From: Macrostomum lignano
Taxonomy: Eukaryota
Direction of reading: 5' to 3'
Length of the DNA stretch: 64,000 nt
Assembly (NCBI GenBank): GCA_002269645.1
Contig: NIVC01001560.1
Location: forward strand, 14,338 to 78,337
Made by a program: the position numbers and the translations under genes. Every line of letters begins with the position of its first letter. The first letter of the stretch is position 1. This document shows positions 62,530 through 64,000 of the stretch, one piece after another. The notes beneath the pieces were generated by a model. The model had not been told where the DNA came from. It searched no databases and saw only the letters and a list, made by a program, of their open reading frames with translations.

Positions 62530-64000
62530 ATGCATTCACCCCCTCCCCTCATTATCAGTCAAATGCCGCCGCAATCAAAACAGCCTCAGCGCCACGCGCC
62601 AGTCAGCGCGCCAGTTCAGCGCCGCGTCGCCTACAACCCGGACACCAGCAGGCGGATCTCGCGCCTACCACCCTACATGGAGATCATTCTGGAGAGCGAG
62701 AGGCACAAAGCCATGCTTAACAGGGGGCGAAGCGGCAGCCACACGGACTGGTGCATCAGCTCAGTGCGCAGCTGGAGCCAGCAGCTGAGCCTGACCTCCA
62801 TACTCAAAACTCTGTTCTATAGGGGTGAGTGCTTTTCAACCATAGACAGCAGTAGGGCGGAGTTTCGCGCAACCATTAAAAATGCACTATCGAAACCTAT
62901 CATTATTGGTCGTACAAAACATACACGTATTTAATGCTTAATAAGCTTCGAATTCATATTTTTCATGAAGCTTAGAACATAACCTACAGAACAAGGACTT
63001 GTTGAAGACATGTCATAGTGGAAACTCGCTACTAGTGAGCCAGGATTAATGCCTTTTTATCCGATTGAGACCCTATTTTTCGCGGCATTGGGCCCTGAGT
63101 TTGAGTCGAGTCCCACCGTTATTCTGTATTTACATTTTTTGCTGCTCCCCTAGAACTCTCCCAGATTAGATAAGAAATGGAGCGCTGTGCCACCTCGCCA
63201 GCTCTCTGTTTTTGCGCCTGGACTTGATATAAATAGAGCGGTTTTTATAGAGCTTCACATGAGAAATATTAGTCTAACTACCGTCTATCTGCCACTCTAC
63301 AGAATCTGTCCACATAACTATTAACCTATCTTCTACTTAACTGTCTACCTACCTATATACTTACTTAAATTTGTAGCTACTACCCATCTGCATACCTACC
63401 CGTCTACCTACCCGTCTATCTACCTACACGTCTACCTACCTACCCGTCTACCACCTACCCATCTGCCTACCTACCCATCTGCCTACCTACCTGTCTATCT
63501 ACCTACCCGTCAATCTACCTACCCGTTTACCCTACCTACCCGTCTACCTACCTACCCACAACTCAATCTACCCATCCCAACTGTCCCGTGATTAAAGCCG
63601 AACGGAATTCTCCAAATCCAAATCCAAATCCAAATCCAAAGCCAAACCCGCAGAGAACCCAAAAAATGCCTCACGGCGAATCTCCAGCGTCCATAGCGCC
63701 ATCAGTCAACGTCAGCGCAGCCTCCGCTTCTCGCAACCGTCTTACCTTCACCACCACCACCATCGCCGTCCATCTTCGCCGAGCACAGGCCGAGCCAGCG
63801 GCCCCCAGCAACAACAGGACTCGTCCCAAGCCTCGCAAGCCGGACCCAACCAGATGACCTGGTGGCCGAAGGCAAGGCCCTGTGCCTCGAATACGTCAAT
63901 CATCGGCTCAGACGGAGCGGCGCCCTCACCCAGCGCCAGCTGGATGCCCTCGGCCCCGCCAGCCGAGTACAGCGAAGTCGGCGAAGAGCTTCGCCTAGTT
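62530..64000 (+). CDS. BOK: BOK/Debcl-like Bcl-2 family gene, 5' part (exon 62530 or 62563 to 62824; exon from 63654 to the window end), with apparent frameshifts
   Basis: Phase-1 splice TATAGGG|gtgagt ... cccgcag|AG. From 63853 the sequence reads DDLVAEGKALCLEYVNHRLRRSG, matching the recalled BH4 regions of BOK (ELVAQAKALGREYVHARLLRAG) and Debcl (DIINQGKCLCGQYIRARLRRAG). PAEYSEVGEELRLV in the adjacent frame fits the approach to BH3. Confidence 0.78.
63330..63645. repeat. Degenerate (CCTA)n tract plus (CCAAAT)n near the BOK intron acceptor
   Basis: Direct periodicity. Confidence 0.88.

Overview
Eukaryotic (animal) genomic DNA. GC-rich coding exons are separated by introns and spacers, and most of these carry their own mini- or microsatellite. 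This style, plus a spliced-leader-like motif, suggests a free-living flatworm such as Macrostomum (inference). Eight gene models have recognisable homology: (1) a secreted PAN/apple + ALK/LTK-type glycine-rich protein, (2) a two-exon SoxB1, (3) an intronless class A GPCR, (4) FAM78, (5) CCDC24, (6) ATAD2/Yta7 with an apparent 1-nt frameshift, (7) a two-pore K+ channel and (8) a BOK/Debcl-like Bcl-2 gene that runs off the window and has two compensating frameshifts. Mobile DNA includes a tRNA-derived CORE-type SINE, a second tRNA-SINE family (3 copies, two different heads), a Foldback-like element and a (TTAG)n-associated repeat present in two permuted copies. The most unusual observations are a degenerate spliced-leader-like sequence heading a promoter-proximal exon (6875-7010), tandem arrays whose units contain splice-site motifs, and a microsatellite palindrome at 33103-33286. 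There are no prokaryotic features and no CRISPR array. All family assignments come from motif recognition and recalled sequences, not database searches.
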